From positions 57,536,001 to 57,600,000 of the forward strand of contig NC_043013.1 of NCBI RefSeq assembly GCF_006345805.1: DNA of 64,000 bases, read 5' to 3'. Under the pieces are notes generated by a model. It was not told the DNA's origin. It worked only from the letters and a program-made list of their open reading frames with translations, and ran no database searches. The stretch is from Octopus sinensis. Its lineage: Eukaryota. Below, in pieces: positions 1 through 12,559 of the stretch; within the stretch, counting starts at the first letter, position 1, and every line of letters begins with the position of its first letter. Both the position numbers and the translations under genes were made by a program.

Positions 1-436
1 TTTAAATGATATTCTTAATAGAACATGAGAAGCTATCTGCTGCTATATGGTTCCAAAAATGTATAGGTCGATACAGTAAGATGAGTAAGATGAGAGAAAT
101 ATTAGAAATAACATCAAGATTACGAGAAATTCAATAAAGTTTCTTAAATGATCGATGGTATTCCTGAGTGACTAACATTTAGCTACTCGCGAGCTCTTCT
201 AGGCTTCATCACCAATTTGGTTCTCAACCAAAACGTATCCGCTTTTAGTAGTAGTAATGATCCAGTCTTCATCTACATGTTGGGATAATTAAAATTTGGT
301 TCATTCAAAATGGCAGAGTAAAGTAGAAAATTGACCTTGAGTCAACACATCTCAATTACTTTAAAGGAAAAGTGTTGATTAACTGGCTTTAAATGAATGG
401 GCTCATTGAGAAACAACATTTAGTGAATACTTCGTT

Positions 437-1015
437 AAAAACTATTAGCTACAAAAAAAAAAGATTAATGTGATTTAAGTGACGAAAATATACTAAGTAA
501 CCCCCAGAATTGACTTTGAATGAAAATATCTTGCCTTTGTGAAGGAAAACTATACATTAGTTGTATTCAAAGGAAAGGCCTTTGTGAGGTGAATCTTTTG
601 GTGAAAACCTTGTCAAAAAATATTAGCTACGGAAAAGTCGTGTCGTAAAAAGTAACGTAAAAAATGTGATCATTTTAACAAATCGAAATATTTTTGTCAC
701 TTTCAGATATTTAGCTTTATAAAAGTTATGAGTAACTTCGCTTAATGGTACAGAGCTCTTAGCTGAAGTTTGAGAGCTCTACAGTTCGTCACTCTGTAAT
801 GGCTAAATGGCCAACGTTTCCTGTTTTCTAAGGGTTTTTAGCCAGTCTTCTCCGTTGCCTTCACAGTTATTCTGCGTTCTAATGAAAAAAAATATCGATA
901 AGAAGAAAATTTTGGGGAAACCTTGTCAAAACGTATTAGCTTCAACAAAGTTGTGTAAATTAAAATGAAGACAAAAATTGATATTTTTAAGAATTCAAAA
1001 TATTTTTGTCTTTTT
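437..1015. repeat. Three diverged direct repeats, the best two about 100 bp; possibly subterminal repeats of an old DNA transposon
   Basis: Motif aaacct-tgtcaaaa..tattagct..aaagt.gtgt...aaatatttttgtc occurs at about 604-704 and 917-1015. A shorter related copy (aaaactattagctac) is at 437. Confidence 0.45.
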
Positions 1016-1983
1016 GAGAAAGATATTTGAACTAAAATGAAAGGGTTCTAGGTAAGCCTTAAATTTAGGAAATAGTTCTAGTTATTTTAAACCATAATTA
1101 CTGATCGTGCATGCATGTAGCTAAATCGTTTCTTTTAGCATCTCTAAAGTATACCTGAACTCGCTCTCTCTGTGCAGATTGAAGTGTAAAGAATTCAATT
1201 TCAAGCTTACAACATCTCAAAGGTGGAGGCTTCAAAGTTATTCTATTTTACTTTGTCAAAAACCCCCAAAGTTACACGAAATGTATGGCTTTGATTCGAT
1301 TCTTAATTCAGGTTACAATGTAAAAGCAAAACATTCCAAGCAATATTATAATTTCATTATAAGTTTTACCAAATTCTTTGGCACTGAGAAATCAAAATTT
1401 GGAAATTAAAGAGTAAGTTATCAAAATAGAGGTATACTTATTATGAATGTTACCAAAACAGCTAATAATAGCGTTACTAATGTTTCATTGCTGTAAGAGT
1501 CGAGCTAAGCTAATATTATTATTGGAGCTAAATAAAACTTTTTGCTGGCAAACTCAATCTTAGATTAAACTGGGTTAATTAATCTTCATTTATGATCACG
1601 GACAAATTATTTCAGGCAGTCCTTAATGGTATTATACACTTGGCACTTGGCTCAAAATTTTAGTCTAATTTTATTACATATTTTTACTAAATTTTCACTT
1701 TATCGTTGATATTGTTAGCTGCTAGTTGTCATGTGATTTGGTTTACCACTATTTTTCAGAATTTATTAGTCAGAAATATTCAATATCTTATACATATTTC
1801 TAGTTTTATTTGGAATAAGTTATTTTTGTTAATAAAATGTTTGTATTCTTATGGAATGTAGTGTAAGTTATCAAGTCAAGGATGTTACATTCAAACGGTT
1901 ACACGGACCCAATTTGGGGTGGGTACATTTCATTTTATTTCGGTGGAATATCAGGTCAAAACCTAAAAATAAAGTTATTTGAT

Positions 1984-2272
1984 GTGCAGACATGGTCGTG
2001 TGGTATGAAGTTTGCTTCCTAACCACACTGGTCTGGGTTCAGTCCCAATCCATGGCACCGTTGGTAATTGTCCTCTATTATAGCTTCGAGCCGCTTAAAA
2101 CCTTGTGAGTGGTTTTGGTACATAGTAACAGAGAGAAAACCGTCCTATATATATCTGCGTGTGTGTTTGCTCCCACCCTACCGCTTGAAAACTGGTGTAG
2201 GTTCGGCTATAGAGATTGATAAAATAAAAGTACTAAAGTGGTGCTCCAGCATGACTGCAGTTGAATAAAGGA
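1984..2272 (+). mobile_element. tRNA-derived SINE, family A (degraded)
   Basis: Similar to the copies at 20473 and 32618: A/B-box-like head (tggtcgtgtggt ... gggttcagtccc), ccttgtgagtgg body and ggtgctccagcatgactgcag 3' part. Confidence 0.75.
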
Positions 2273-2339
2273 AAAATTTAAAGAATATACATTTTTATTA
2301 TTAGATGTTCGATGCCCCCTAATACGTTTTAAGTATAAT

Positions 2340-2640
2340 ATTCATTAATAGGAAGTGGAATATATTTGGATGTGTATTTTTGTTCCTCGCTTACCTTTCA
2401 TACCTTCCAATATGCCCTTTGAGTTCAAATGATTCACTTTCCAATACGTCTGTCATTTGCGATGTCATTAATAAGTCCCTGAGTCAGACTTTGAAAGTCT
2501 CTGGTTTGCAATTAGAAGGGGACTGTTTCTCATACAGTCAGTTATATGTTAAGACATCCAGAGTAGGGAACACGAACAATCTTTTCATTTTTGCCCCCTA
2601 CTGGTAAAACCTGAACCATTGTCTATAACGAAGTTTTTAC
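2340..2640 (+). mobile_element. Helitron RepHel PIF1-type helicase C-terminal remnant (pseudogenised)
   Basis: Frames give PRLPFIPSNMPFEFK* then INKSLSQTLKVSGLQLEGDCFSYSQLYVKTSRVG. This matches the Helitron helicase motif PRIP..P...PF.FKR.QFP....FAMTINKSQGQTL...G..L...CFSHGQLYVA.SRV, with a stop and frameshifts. Confidence 0.85.
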
Positions 2641-4049
2641 CATGCGATCAACAAACTAAAATTTGCAGAATGAATAACTTTGATTTGATATTGTCAACGT
2701 CACACTATATTCGTCTCAGAAAAGTTATTTGTATTTTTGTTTGTTGTAAAACGTAAGTTCAATAAATTACAGTACATGTGTTTTTAGCCTTACTCGGACA
2801 TTTATTTAGTTATCATGTATTAGAGATAAGCCAAAGTCTGTGTGATGTCTGCTTCATTTATAGACTGAAACACAAAAAAGATCATAGATCAAAAGTTTAC
2901 GTGCACCCATGATAATATTGGTCAGAAGAAAACAACTCTATCGTTTACAGTCTACATGGAAGTTAACAACCATTTCTTATATATGTTCAATACAATCTAA
3001 GTGAATAATTTTTCAATATTCATAGAATTTTGGCAGCTTCTTCCAACCCAGTCAATGACGTGTGTTTCTTGTACTATATATATATATATCATACATACAA
3101 AAGAGTAGAAATTTTAAATCAAAATGCCTTAAAAGCAATGTATTAAAATACAAACGTGACTAACCATATCGTATATTAGGAAACCTTAGGAATCGTGTAG
3201 AATAAACAATTAAAATTGTACTCCTTTCGGTTGGTCAATTCTGAGTTCGCTTGGATGGTTTTCATGTAAAATTTTAATATATATAAAAAATAGAGAACTA
3301 CATCTTTAATTCAACATTTCCTGCATATAAAATATCAAAGTATGTGATGGTTCTGTGTATCCAATCTAATCATTAAATCAATTATAATTACAAATTCCAC
3401 AGCAAAGATTAACATTCTAATACAACTTTTATGAAGGTGCTAGGTGCTACACATACGGGTGGATGATTTGAACCGAAATTATTTGTCAACGCTAAATGCC
3501 TGAAACATCGTACGTGGTGATGGAAAAGTGATTAAGTTGAAGACGAAAGAAGGGGTGAAAGAACTGTGGGAATAGTAATGAAATGCTCGGAGTTCTAGCT
3601 GTATTTAGACTAAAACTGACCCCAGAGGACACTAAGGAGGAAGATTGATATAATGTTTATTTATAATTGGGGCAATTCATTGAGGTCAGAGTTACTAAGA
3701 TGGAAACACTATCAAGTAAATAAACAGAAGTGAGTCAGAAACGGTATTGGAAGGATTTGAGAAACAAACAAAAAAAAGAGAAAGAAAATCTATCATAGAT
3801 TCAATGGGTAGCAAGATTACCCAGAAAATTAAATATCAATAATAACTGAATCAAATAAAACACTGGGATAACCTAAAAGAATTATGTGTATTAGAAGAAC
3901 AAACATCTATAATCAGAAAACCAGATCAGTAAGAGAAACTGGAAATGCTATAGTTTATTTAAAATTATAATTATTTCAAGAATATTCGAACCGAGTTACG
4001 TTTGCACCCCACTCTTATTCAATTGAATTAATACTAAAGCTACTTAGTA

Positions 4050-4900
4050 GAAAAGCATCTTAATTTTTTTCTGTGTGAATCTTGCATTTCAGCGCTAATT
4101 GATTTCCACAGGCTATAAATTATATTTGAGGAAAGTGTGTGGGTTATTTCTTCAGAGCAAAGGTCACATACAAGATTATTGCTAGTTACATGGTGAAGCT
4201 CTACCTATAATTGACCATTTAGTGTCATGTCCAGGATTTGGTGTCTTTTAAAAAAGTCAAATGAAGTTCTTTACAAGCTGTACAGAATACTTTTCCATAA
4301 TCTTGAACGAAAACATGATTATGCATCCTGATTTTGAACTCCATAGCACAAGAACGTATTACCACCATATTGAGTATTTTCTAAGACCCTGTTTCTCAAA
4401 TGGGCGTCGCAGGCTTTTTTTTTATTATCATAAAGAGGCTTTGTGTCAGTAACGTCATGTTTATTATCAGCAAGAGTATTGTTTACTCTATTCTGAGAAC
4501 TAAGTGTTATACTAAGCATATTATCGGCATTACAATATGATATACAAGGCGTGCTATTTGATTCATTGTACAGGCCAGCCACTTCGTATGTTTCCAACAT
4601 GGCTTCAAATGCTTCGCCCACACCAGCTTCTATATTCCTTATTGCTCTCATTGTTACTGTTATCCATACAAATCTTCCTGACATCTTTGGGAAAGTTTAC
4701 TATCATACTCCTCTCTATCCTGATATTAATTAAATTACCATTATAATTTACATTAGTAATATCAATTGGGTTTACCAGGTCCATATTAGGGAATTCCGTA
4801 ATTTCTCTAAAGATGTTCGTGGCTATAATTTGAAGTAGGTTTCTTGTTGTAAAAGCAAATTTAATCGTGAGTCGTTTAAATTTGTATAAGTTAAGTTGAA
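4050..4900 (-). mobile_element. Penelope-like retroelement remnant (linker plus GIY-YIG endonuclease)
   Basis: ORF 4319-4684 contains CISYCNADNMLSITLSSQNRV (compare the PLE linker KISYSCMPNMKSIISSHNKK). Downstream frames give CAMEFKIRMHNH (compare T..FK.R..NH) and LKWSIIGRAS...CDLCSEE (compare IKWSI..RA...C.LCL.EK). It is disrupted by stops. Confidence 0.65.
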
Positions 4901-5283
4901 TACGAAAGTCAATTTTAGAATAGACTTTTTACTATAATTGATTAGATATATATCGGTTATATGCACAAAACCATCAGATCGAAGGACACTACAACAGAAA
5001 CACGTGTTGGAATTTTATATGCAAGAAAATCTGAATTAAATGTGTACAATTCTTCATTCTTTACGCATACATAAATGTACACGCATGTGTATATTACATA
5101 CACTTAACATTACAAAACTACTCCAGACCTCTTTGCAAGTATGTCACATAAATTGTATACTTAATGCAAACACATTGAAGCTTTTTTTTATCCATTACTA
5201 GTTCGAAGAAAATGGATATTGTATTTATAAATATATATATTCTTTTATTTTTTTTATTCTTATATACGTTCCAGTCATTATAT

Positions 5284-5326
<43 letters not shown>

Positions 5327-5650
5327 CACACATATATACTTTTGTGTATCGGTTGTCATTTTTTTCTTGATTTTTGTTCATTTTTCAGTATACAAAATAT
5401 ACTCCAAATTTTCTGCAAATACTTGATAAATTACACACACACACATACGCACACACAAACACACATACATACAAATACTTTCTGTCCCCACACAAATACA
5501 CGCTGCACATACAAAGTAATGCTACAAATTGAGGTAATATAATCGCTAGAACTGGAATATTTTGTGTAACTGAAATATATTTTTGCGAACATCTATTAGC
5601 GAATGTTCTCTTAATGAAATTATATTTTGCAATTGTATTATGTAGTCCTG

Positions 5651-5689
<39 letters not shown>

Positions 5690-5905
5690 AACTTCTTTAT
5701 TGCCCCGGAGGGGCTAAACATAGTGGGGACAAAAAGGACAGACAAAGGGATTAACTCGATTACATCGACCCGAGTGCGAAACTGGTACTTTATTTATCGA
5801 CCCCGAAAGGATGAAAGGCAAAGTCGACCTCAGAACGTAATGGCAGACGAAATACTGCTAAGCATTTCGCCCGGCGCACCGACGTTTGTGCCAGTTCACC
5901 ACCTC
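5690..5905 (-). mobile_element. tRNA-derived SINE, family B
   Basis: Reverse complement has gtcgactttgcctttcatcctttcggggtcgataaataaagtaccag, shared with the copies at 15650 and 18855. Confidence 0.8.
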
Positions 5906-5986
5906 ATATATATATATATATATCATTAACAGAATGAGATAAAAATCCAAGGCTGTGAAAGATTTCAAAGCATTTATAAATACAAG

Positions 5987-6034
5987 GTCTTACAGGTGTT
6001 TTCGGGATATTTTACATATCCCTTCACCGGAGAC
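5987..6034 (-). ncRNA. Degenerate type I hammerhead ribozyme-like motif
   Basis: Minus strand reads gtct-ccggtgaa-gggatat(gtaaa)atatccc-GAAA-acacctg-TA-agac. Helix I (gtct/agac) and a 7-bp helix II are intact, but the core CCGGTGA has two mismatches to CUGANGA. Confidence 0.45.
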
Positions 6035-6536
6035 GGTGTGAGAAAATGGTTAAGAAATAGTTATTCTAGATAAGATATAAAATAGAGAGTGAAGTGGAGG
6101 AATGAAAATAGACATGAGATATGCAGGAATATTGTATTTATAGTTCCATTATTTAGGCAGAATGGTTTACATATAAGATTCCCCAACCATGTACCTTTAT
6201 GGTGTTATTGAATCGACGGGTTTTTTTAAACTAAAAAAAAAACTGTCGATTCAATAACACCGTTTACATACTCTATGCTTGGAATGACCAATTTTAAATA
6301 CTATTGTAACTTACTCACAAGGTAAATGTTCTGAAATCTTTCACAGCCTTTTTATATATACGCATGCTTATATATGACCTTCGTTGGACTCCTCATTTGC
6401 ATAATCACCGAACCTGGAGCTTAACTATAGTCTGTACATAGCACTTACTCAACAGTACCTGACAGCTTTGGGTCTTATTGACACCATTACCTCTCATAAC
6501 CTCTCTCTCTCTCTCTCTCAATGTATATATATATAT

Positions 6537-7288
6537 ATACTTTATAATTAGGGTTCAGCAAAGATTTGCTTTACCACATACCGAAGTTTAGAAATAGCAG
6601 CAAAAAACCTTAGCTATTTCCTCTACTTTAAAAAGGGGCTCCCGGAAAAAGCAAAGTACTTGAAAACAATCCCCGTAGGTAGAGAGGAAAAATAACGAAA
6701 ATCAATCGATATTTGATTACCCATGTACGCGTTTCGGAATTAGATCGATATAAAGAATATAGAATTCTACTTTACCCAACCATTTTCTTCATCAGCATGG
6801 GACTTCAACAATATTAAATATTAAAAATATTAAATTCGGTGGCACTGGAAGAATTGAACATATCTCTCCAACTAACGGTATCAGACAGATCATATTCAAC
6901 GTCCAGTACCGCCGAATTTAAAAATACGAATGAGGTTCACCATCTTCCCCTGCCCATCCGCGTGTGTCGTCAAGTAAAATACTACAGAAAAAATCTGCAG
7001 TTTATTATCTGGCAGAAAATTCTATTATCAATAATAATAATACTATTATCTATATAATAACAATAATAATTATACCGATCTAATTCCGAAACGCGGACAT
7101 GGGTAATCAAATATCGATTGATTTTCGTTATTTTTCCTCTTTGTCTGCGTGGATTGTTTTCAAGTACTTTGTTTTTTCCGGGAGTCCCTTTTTAAAGTAG
7201 AGGAAATAGCAAAGGTTTTTCGGTTGCTATTTCTAAACTTCGGTATGTGGTAAAGCAAATCTTTGCTGAACTCTAATTATAAAGTATT
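6537..7288. mobile_element. Foldback element with about 215-bp inverted arms, hammerhead-bearing, probably PLE-derived
   Basis: 6537-6752 is the reverse complement of 7073-7288. There is a nested hairpin at 6833-6919. It shares ccacataccgaa..tagaaatagcag with the element at 51541-51930. Confidence 0.85.
6720..6801 (-). ncRNA. Type I hammerhead ribozyme motif with minimal helix III
   Basis: Minus strand reads cccatg-CTGATGA-(weak long helix II)-GAAA-CGCG-TA-catggg. Helix I is a perfect 6 bp, the core is canonical and ACGCGT is palindromic. Confidence 0.65.
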
Positions 7289-7377
7289 ACTTAAGTTTAC
7301 CGTGAACCGGTCCTTTTTCATGCCGAATTCTACTTGGTGAAATTATTGATTACTACTTAATTAATTAATTTTACCCT

Positions 7378-7404
7378 TTGTTATTATTATTATTATTATT
7401 ATTA

Positions 7405-7454
<50 letters not shown>

Positions 7455-7462
7455 TATTATTA

Positions 7463-7529
<67 letters not shown>

Positions 7530-7530
7530 C
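7378..7530. repeat. (ATT)n followed by (TA)n microsatellite
   Basis: Read directly from the sequence. Confidence 0.95.
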
Positions 7531-7734
7531 ACACACACATACACACACATATATAAAAACATGTGTATATATATATCCGTATATACGCAAACACATACAG
7601 GCACAAACACACACACATACACATGCACACGCACATACAAATATTTGTGTGCGTGTGTGTACCTTCGTTTGAAGAACCAGCAGCGATAGACTAGTAATAG
7701 TATCAAAATATGTGTGTGTGTATGTATGTGTATA

Positions 7735-8562
7735 TATGCGGAGCAGCCCAGCAGTTTTGAGAAATTTTTAGGAGAGACAGAGCGAGATGAATGTAATTTT
7801 GGTTATATCATTACTATACATCTAATAAGATGACCTGCCAACTTTTAATTCACGATCAAAGCAGACGCTTGTAACAACAACCATAAACATTACATATCTT
7901 CGGTAACTAGTGATCAAAATATTGTTCGAACGTATGGAAGCACACGATGCCATAATGTTTTGTGTTAAGCTGAGCGAAAAGTTAACAGAAATTTATGAAA
8001 TACTCCGGACATCTTATGGATTACCTTTTTCGATGGCATAAGAAGGTCCAAATACAGCAGAGAGGGGGTGATAGAAAGGATGAGCGGTGGGAGAGGGAGT
8101 AGAATGTAAGAACATCAGAATTGCTTGAGAAAATACGCAAACTTCTGGATGAAGATTGTTGTGAGGTCATAAAAATATGCATGCAATTGGGTTTGGTTCA
8201 GTAACGGCACACAGAATTACTCCTGAACATCTGAACGGGTACAAAATTTGTGCAAACTTTGTTACCCGGGTGCTTAGTGAACGAGCTTTCTGGTAACAAA
8301 CTACTTCTCAGAGACAGGCATCAAAACGGTTCTTCAGCTGAATCTTACTTTCTGTGACTTTTGGTTCTTCCTTAAGCTGGAAAAAAACCTGTGGCATAGT
8401 TGTTTGGAAAACATTGAGAAGATGAAGGAGACAGCAACGGGCTCCTGGACACCTTCACTTAGAAGGACTTCTATAGGGCCTTTATGGAATAAATACATCG
8501 AAGGAGATTAGTTGTTTATTGCTAGAAATTCATAAATGTCTCTCTTGGAATGCATCTTGCAT
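7735..8562 (+). mobile_element. Mariner transposon, internally deleted and degraded
   Basis: From 7934: MEAHDAIMFCVKLSEKLTEIYEILRTSYG (mariner N-terminal HTH, compare AIKFCVKLGKS.TETYE.L..AYG). Near 8340: LNLTFCDFWFFLKLEKNL (compare SPDLAPCDFWLFPKLK). TIRs are degenerate. Confidence 0.8.
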
Positions 8563-10149
8563 ATGATTTTTTAAATTTAATACCGAATATTTGATTTACT
8601 GTGTTTATTTTTGAAGAAAAAATTAAACAACTTAATGAATTTTTTATTAATTTGAGTTTATAAAAAAAAATAAAATACTTTTTCTTTCTAGCTATAGATT
8701 CTGAATGCAAATCTGTTTCCATGAAATAGAGAGGAAATAGACCATGCATGCTAAGCGAATTCAATCATGTTTTGAAATGTCATATGTACGTTGTAAAATT
8801 GCAGCAGAACTTTGTAGCTTTTAGTTTTTGTTTTCGTTTAACCTCTAAAAAAAACATTGAAACTACAGACTTTAAAGTGCACGTTGCAAACGGACAGTGC
8901 ATGTTTTTTGAAACAGATTTTCTACTATCGAATACATTATTAAATCTGGTCGTACTCTGAAGGCACCGGTGGCAGATTTCAGGGATATTATCTTGTGATC
9001 TCTATAACATTGCACGGAACATAACGCGGATACTCTCTCGGTGGATCTGCTAAAGAAAAATAATGAACAAAATTCCTTAAAACATTCTGAAATGTACAGA
9101 GTTGTATCACAAACAGTTATAAGGTTATATTTCAACAGACGTGGATATAAACCGATATGGATGTACATAATTCACTCATAATTGTCTTCCTCGAATTACT
9201 AAGCCCCAGGATTACGAGGTTGGAAACTAAATATGACACACGTAAAATTGTTTTTATAAGTTACTTAAATATGAATATCCTTTATATACACATATCAATT
9301 TACATAATCATCAAATGTTTATTATACATAAAATAATTATATAAACACTTTTATAGTTTGGATATGTGTCACATGTTAGTCTCGTCTAAGCATATCTGGT
9401 TCCTTTTAATTTTTGTATAATTATACTTCATAGAGTCTTTGAAAGATTCTAAATTCATAATATGCACATTATCAGTGTAATCGAATTTTCAATGTTGTGT
9501 AATTTCATATGTAAAGAACAATGTTTTATTTCACAGATCTGCTGACAGAGATAGAAATAATTGAGATGAGATGGATTTTGAATAGATTCACATTAATAGG
9601 TCAACCAGGCTACAAGAATACAAGCAGTGAAATAAGACGTGTAGAAGTGATATGAATAAATTAATTTTACCATCAATGAGAGCCATCGATATCTTAGATT
9701 ACATGAAATAAAGAGGTTAATAAGTATATACTGTAAGGATTACGAAACTTTTAACTATACGTGAATATCCATTGGGAAAAAAATTAACGATACGTTCTTT
9801 TAATATTTCAGCGAGTGTAGGAGACAACTAAAACTTCTGACTTCATCAACAAAGCATAAATTTATTCTATTTTTACATAATATGTATTTCCCTATCAAAT
9901 GATCCCACCTAATGTTAACGCATGTAGATTTTTCATTTGTAATATGTTGTGTGTATTTAAGGAATCTCTTGCGAACAGAAATATTTCCTCCTCAAAATAA
10001 TCAAGTCATGTTGATATTTAAATGAGAAAAACATAAGACTTAGCATGCATGAACACCAGGCTGTCCTGGAGATGGAGATTAAAGTTGAAATTAAGAAAAA
10101 AAACAAAACCAGGAAAGAAAAATATCGCAGCTAACCAACATAACAAGGA

Positions 10150-11290
10150 TTGAATATAAATAATGATCTGATATCTTAGGAAAGTGTACCAAAACTGAAA
10201 ATAAAACTAAGTTTGAATTGCATTTAATAATAACTGCAATAGTGCAAGTAAACCGATAAAAAAATAAAACATGATGTATTCCAGTAATAAAATGGTGGGG
10301 AAAAATAAGGTAGCAAAAAGAATCATTTGATAATAGCACATAAAAAATACAATGAGTATCAAGAGTAAAATTCACCATAAAATATATCTCGTCAATAACA
10401 TGAAAATAAAATATATAGGAAAGACATTTTACAATGCGTATAATGCACAGGGTAGCGACAATATTAATGTCTGTTAGAGGAGCTAGTAGCGTCCAGTTAA
10501 CCATTACTTATTGTAAATTATAGGGAAGGTTATTTGAACTTTTATTCACTCTTTACGCATCAAATTGCAAAAGGCGGACACTATATTAACTTGCAATAAT
10601 GGTACAAGGACTGGAGATGAATTAGCATTATGTAGACATTTCAGAAAGTAGTGGCCTCGCCATGTTTGATAAGTTAAAGAGGAGATGGTACAAAATTAGG
10701 AGAGAGAAAAGATCAAACCCTATTGACAGATTCAGTAAAGCTATGATGAAATCCAATGCAGTAGTTAATGAAGTTTTTATTTCAAATCCTACCAACAACA
10801 TTATTTAGTTTATCTTTCTAGGGGTCAAGGAAAAATAAGATCCAAAAAACTTCTAGGATTCTTAGCTTATACATATTATAAATTAGTAAATGATCCCACA
10901 AATCTTGGACCTTGAAACTATGTGAAAAATATTTAAGTTTATTCATATCTTACTCATCTATTCTTTGAGAAATAGAGTATGAGATTTCCTTCTTGCCTTA
11001 AAAAACGGTAACTGCCCACTTTTGGACAAGAACAATATAACTGACAGTAAATTTAGCAAGGGATCATTCTGCATTTTAAGTCACAATATTGCTGCATCGA
11101 ACATATGCAATGTAGTGAAATGAATCGCGTAATTCGGAATATTCCCCCAATTTGTTGTCAAAAATCTCCCTGTACGGCGCTAGAAACCTAAAGAAAGGCA
11201 GAAAATCCAAGGTAATCGGAAACATTGGACATGGTTAACGATGTAGTTAGAATCGATCTACACTTGGAAACTAACTTATGGGAACAATAG
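10150..11290 (+). mobile_element. Highly degraded RTE-like LINE reverse transcriptase and C-terminal region
   Basis: Scattered motif remnants in the expected order: KESFD (compare KAFD), GGHYINLQ (compare G..INNLRYADD) and a 3' G.RK.W..V..DL-like segment. Many stops. Confidence 0.35.
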
Positions 11291-11502
11291 ACATGTTTAG
11301 TTGTTCTGTGAATTCCTTAGGCAAGTATATGCTACTTTGATTTAGCGGCTAAGAATCATCAATGCACACACACACACACACAACCACCTACACACAAACA
11401 CACGCACCAACAAATATATACCTATATATATATATATATATATATATACTCATGTGTAGATATGTATATATACATGCATATGTGTGTGTGTGTCAACACA
11501 CA

Positions 11503-11718
11503 GGCGAGGGTGCTGAAAATTTCCTGGCTTCCGGTAAAAGAAAGTACGGGAAGATGAGTCAATTATGATTTTATCCAACATATTACCCTCTCAGATTCAC
11601 TCACTTATTGCAGCGGTATCAGTTTTACTGAGCCCTGTAAAAGAACACGGAAAGTTGGTTCTCCAACCAGGCCTTTTGTGATACCCTTAAAACCAGGAGT
11701 TTTCCAGCACCTCTCGTA
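11503..11718. mobile_element. Mariner-derived MITE
   Basis: TIRs of about 27 bp (cgagggtgctgaaaatttcctggctt and aaaaccaggagttttccagcacctctcg) followed by TA. No coding capacity. Confidence 0.75.
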
Positions 11719-12179
11719 TGAATAATCTTTACTTTCACCTGTTCGGTTTAAAACCAGGAGCCATTCCATTCTGCAAAGTACCAAAATTTCGATCCACTTA
11801 CCTTATTGCAACATCTCATTTGCTTGTTACTTTCAAATGTTAAACAACCACAGGAGGAAGCTTTTGTCAGTTAATTTCTTGGATAATGTGAATGGAAGAG
11901 AGTTAAAGTATTTCCATACAGGGGATTAGAAATGTGAGTCCCCATTACATTTCTGAAAACAGGCATAAAATATTCAAAACCACAACAACTATGTTTTATG
12001 TTAATGTTACACACACACAAACAAAAATCTATTTTCTGTAATGTGTTTCTATCTGTTCCTATAAACATGATATCGAAACCAATTTACAGATGGAAATGTG
12101 GCACATTTTTTTTAACTGTCATCTATCTTAAATTGAAGAAGTGGATGTAATTCCTCCTATTGCGGTGTTATTATTGCTG

Positions 12180-12203
12180 TGATCATCATCATCATCATCA
12201 TCA

Positions 12204-12255
<52 letters not shown>

Positions 12256-12400
12256 TATTATTATTGTTGTTGTTATCATTTTTCTTATTTTTCTTGTCAT
12301 TGCTGCTACTACCGTTGTATTATTTGTAATATTATTATTAATATTGTAGTAGTAGTAGTAGTGTTAGTAGTAGTAGTAGTAGCAGCAGCAGCAGCAGAGG
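12180..12400. repeat. Compound trinucleotide microsatellite (CAT)n(TAT)n ... (GTA)n(GCA)n
   Basis: Read directly from the sequence. Confidence 0.9.
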
Positions 12401-12559
12401 TATTTCTGAATATTCTGTCTTCAGAGTTTATTGTGACATGCCAAAATTATTCGCCAGTCATTTTAGCCGAAGTCCGTTTATGCAGCTGAGTGTAACGTGC
12501 GATTCCAGGACTGTAAAGTTAACGAACGGGGCAAAGGTGTTTGCCAAGACATTGAAACT

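Noticed and set aside
8920-9700. Possible host exons after ttttgaaacag (about 8917) and tttcacag (about 9538)
   Set aside because: Stops occur in all frames before any good donor site, and there is no recognisable protein similarity.
10091-10504. 137-aa hydrophobic ORF resembling a chemoreceptor or GPCR
   Set aside because: No family motifs. The hydrophobicity follows from the T-rich antisense of an A-rich LINE remnant.
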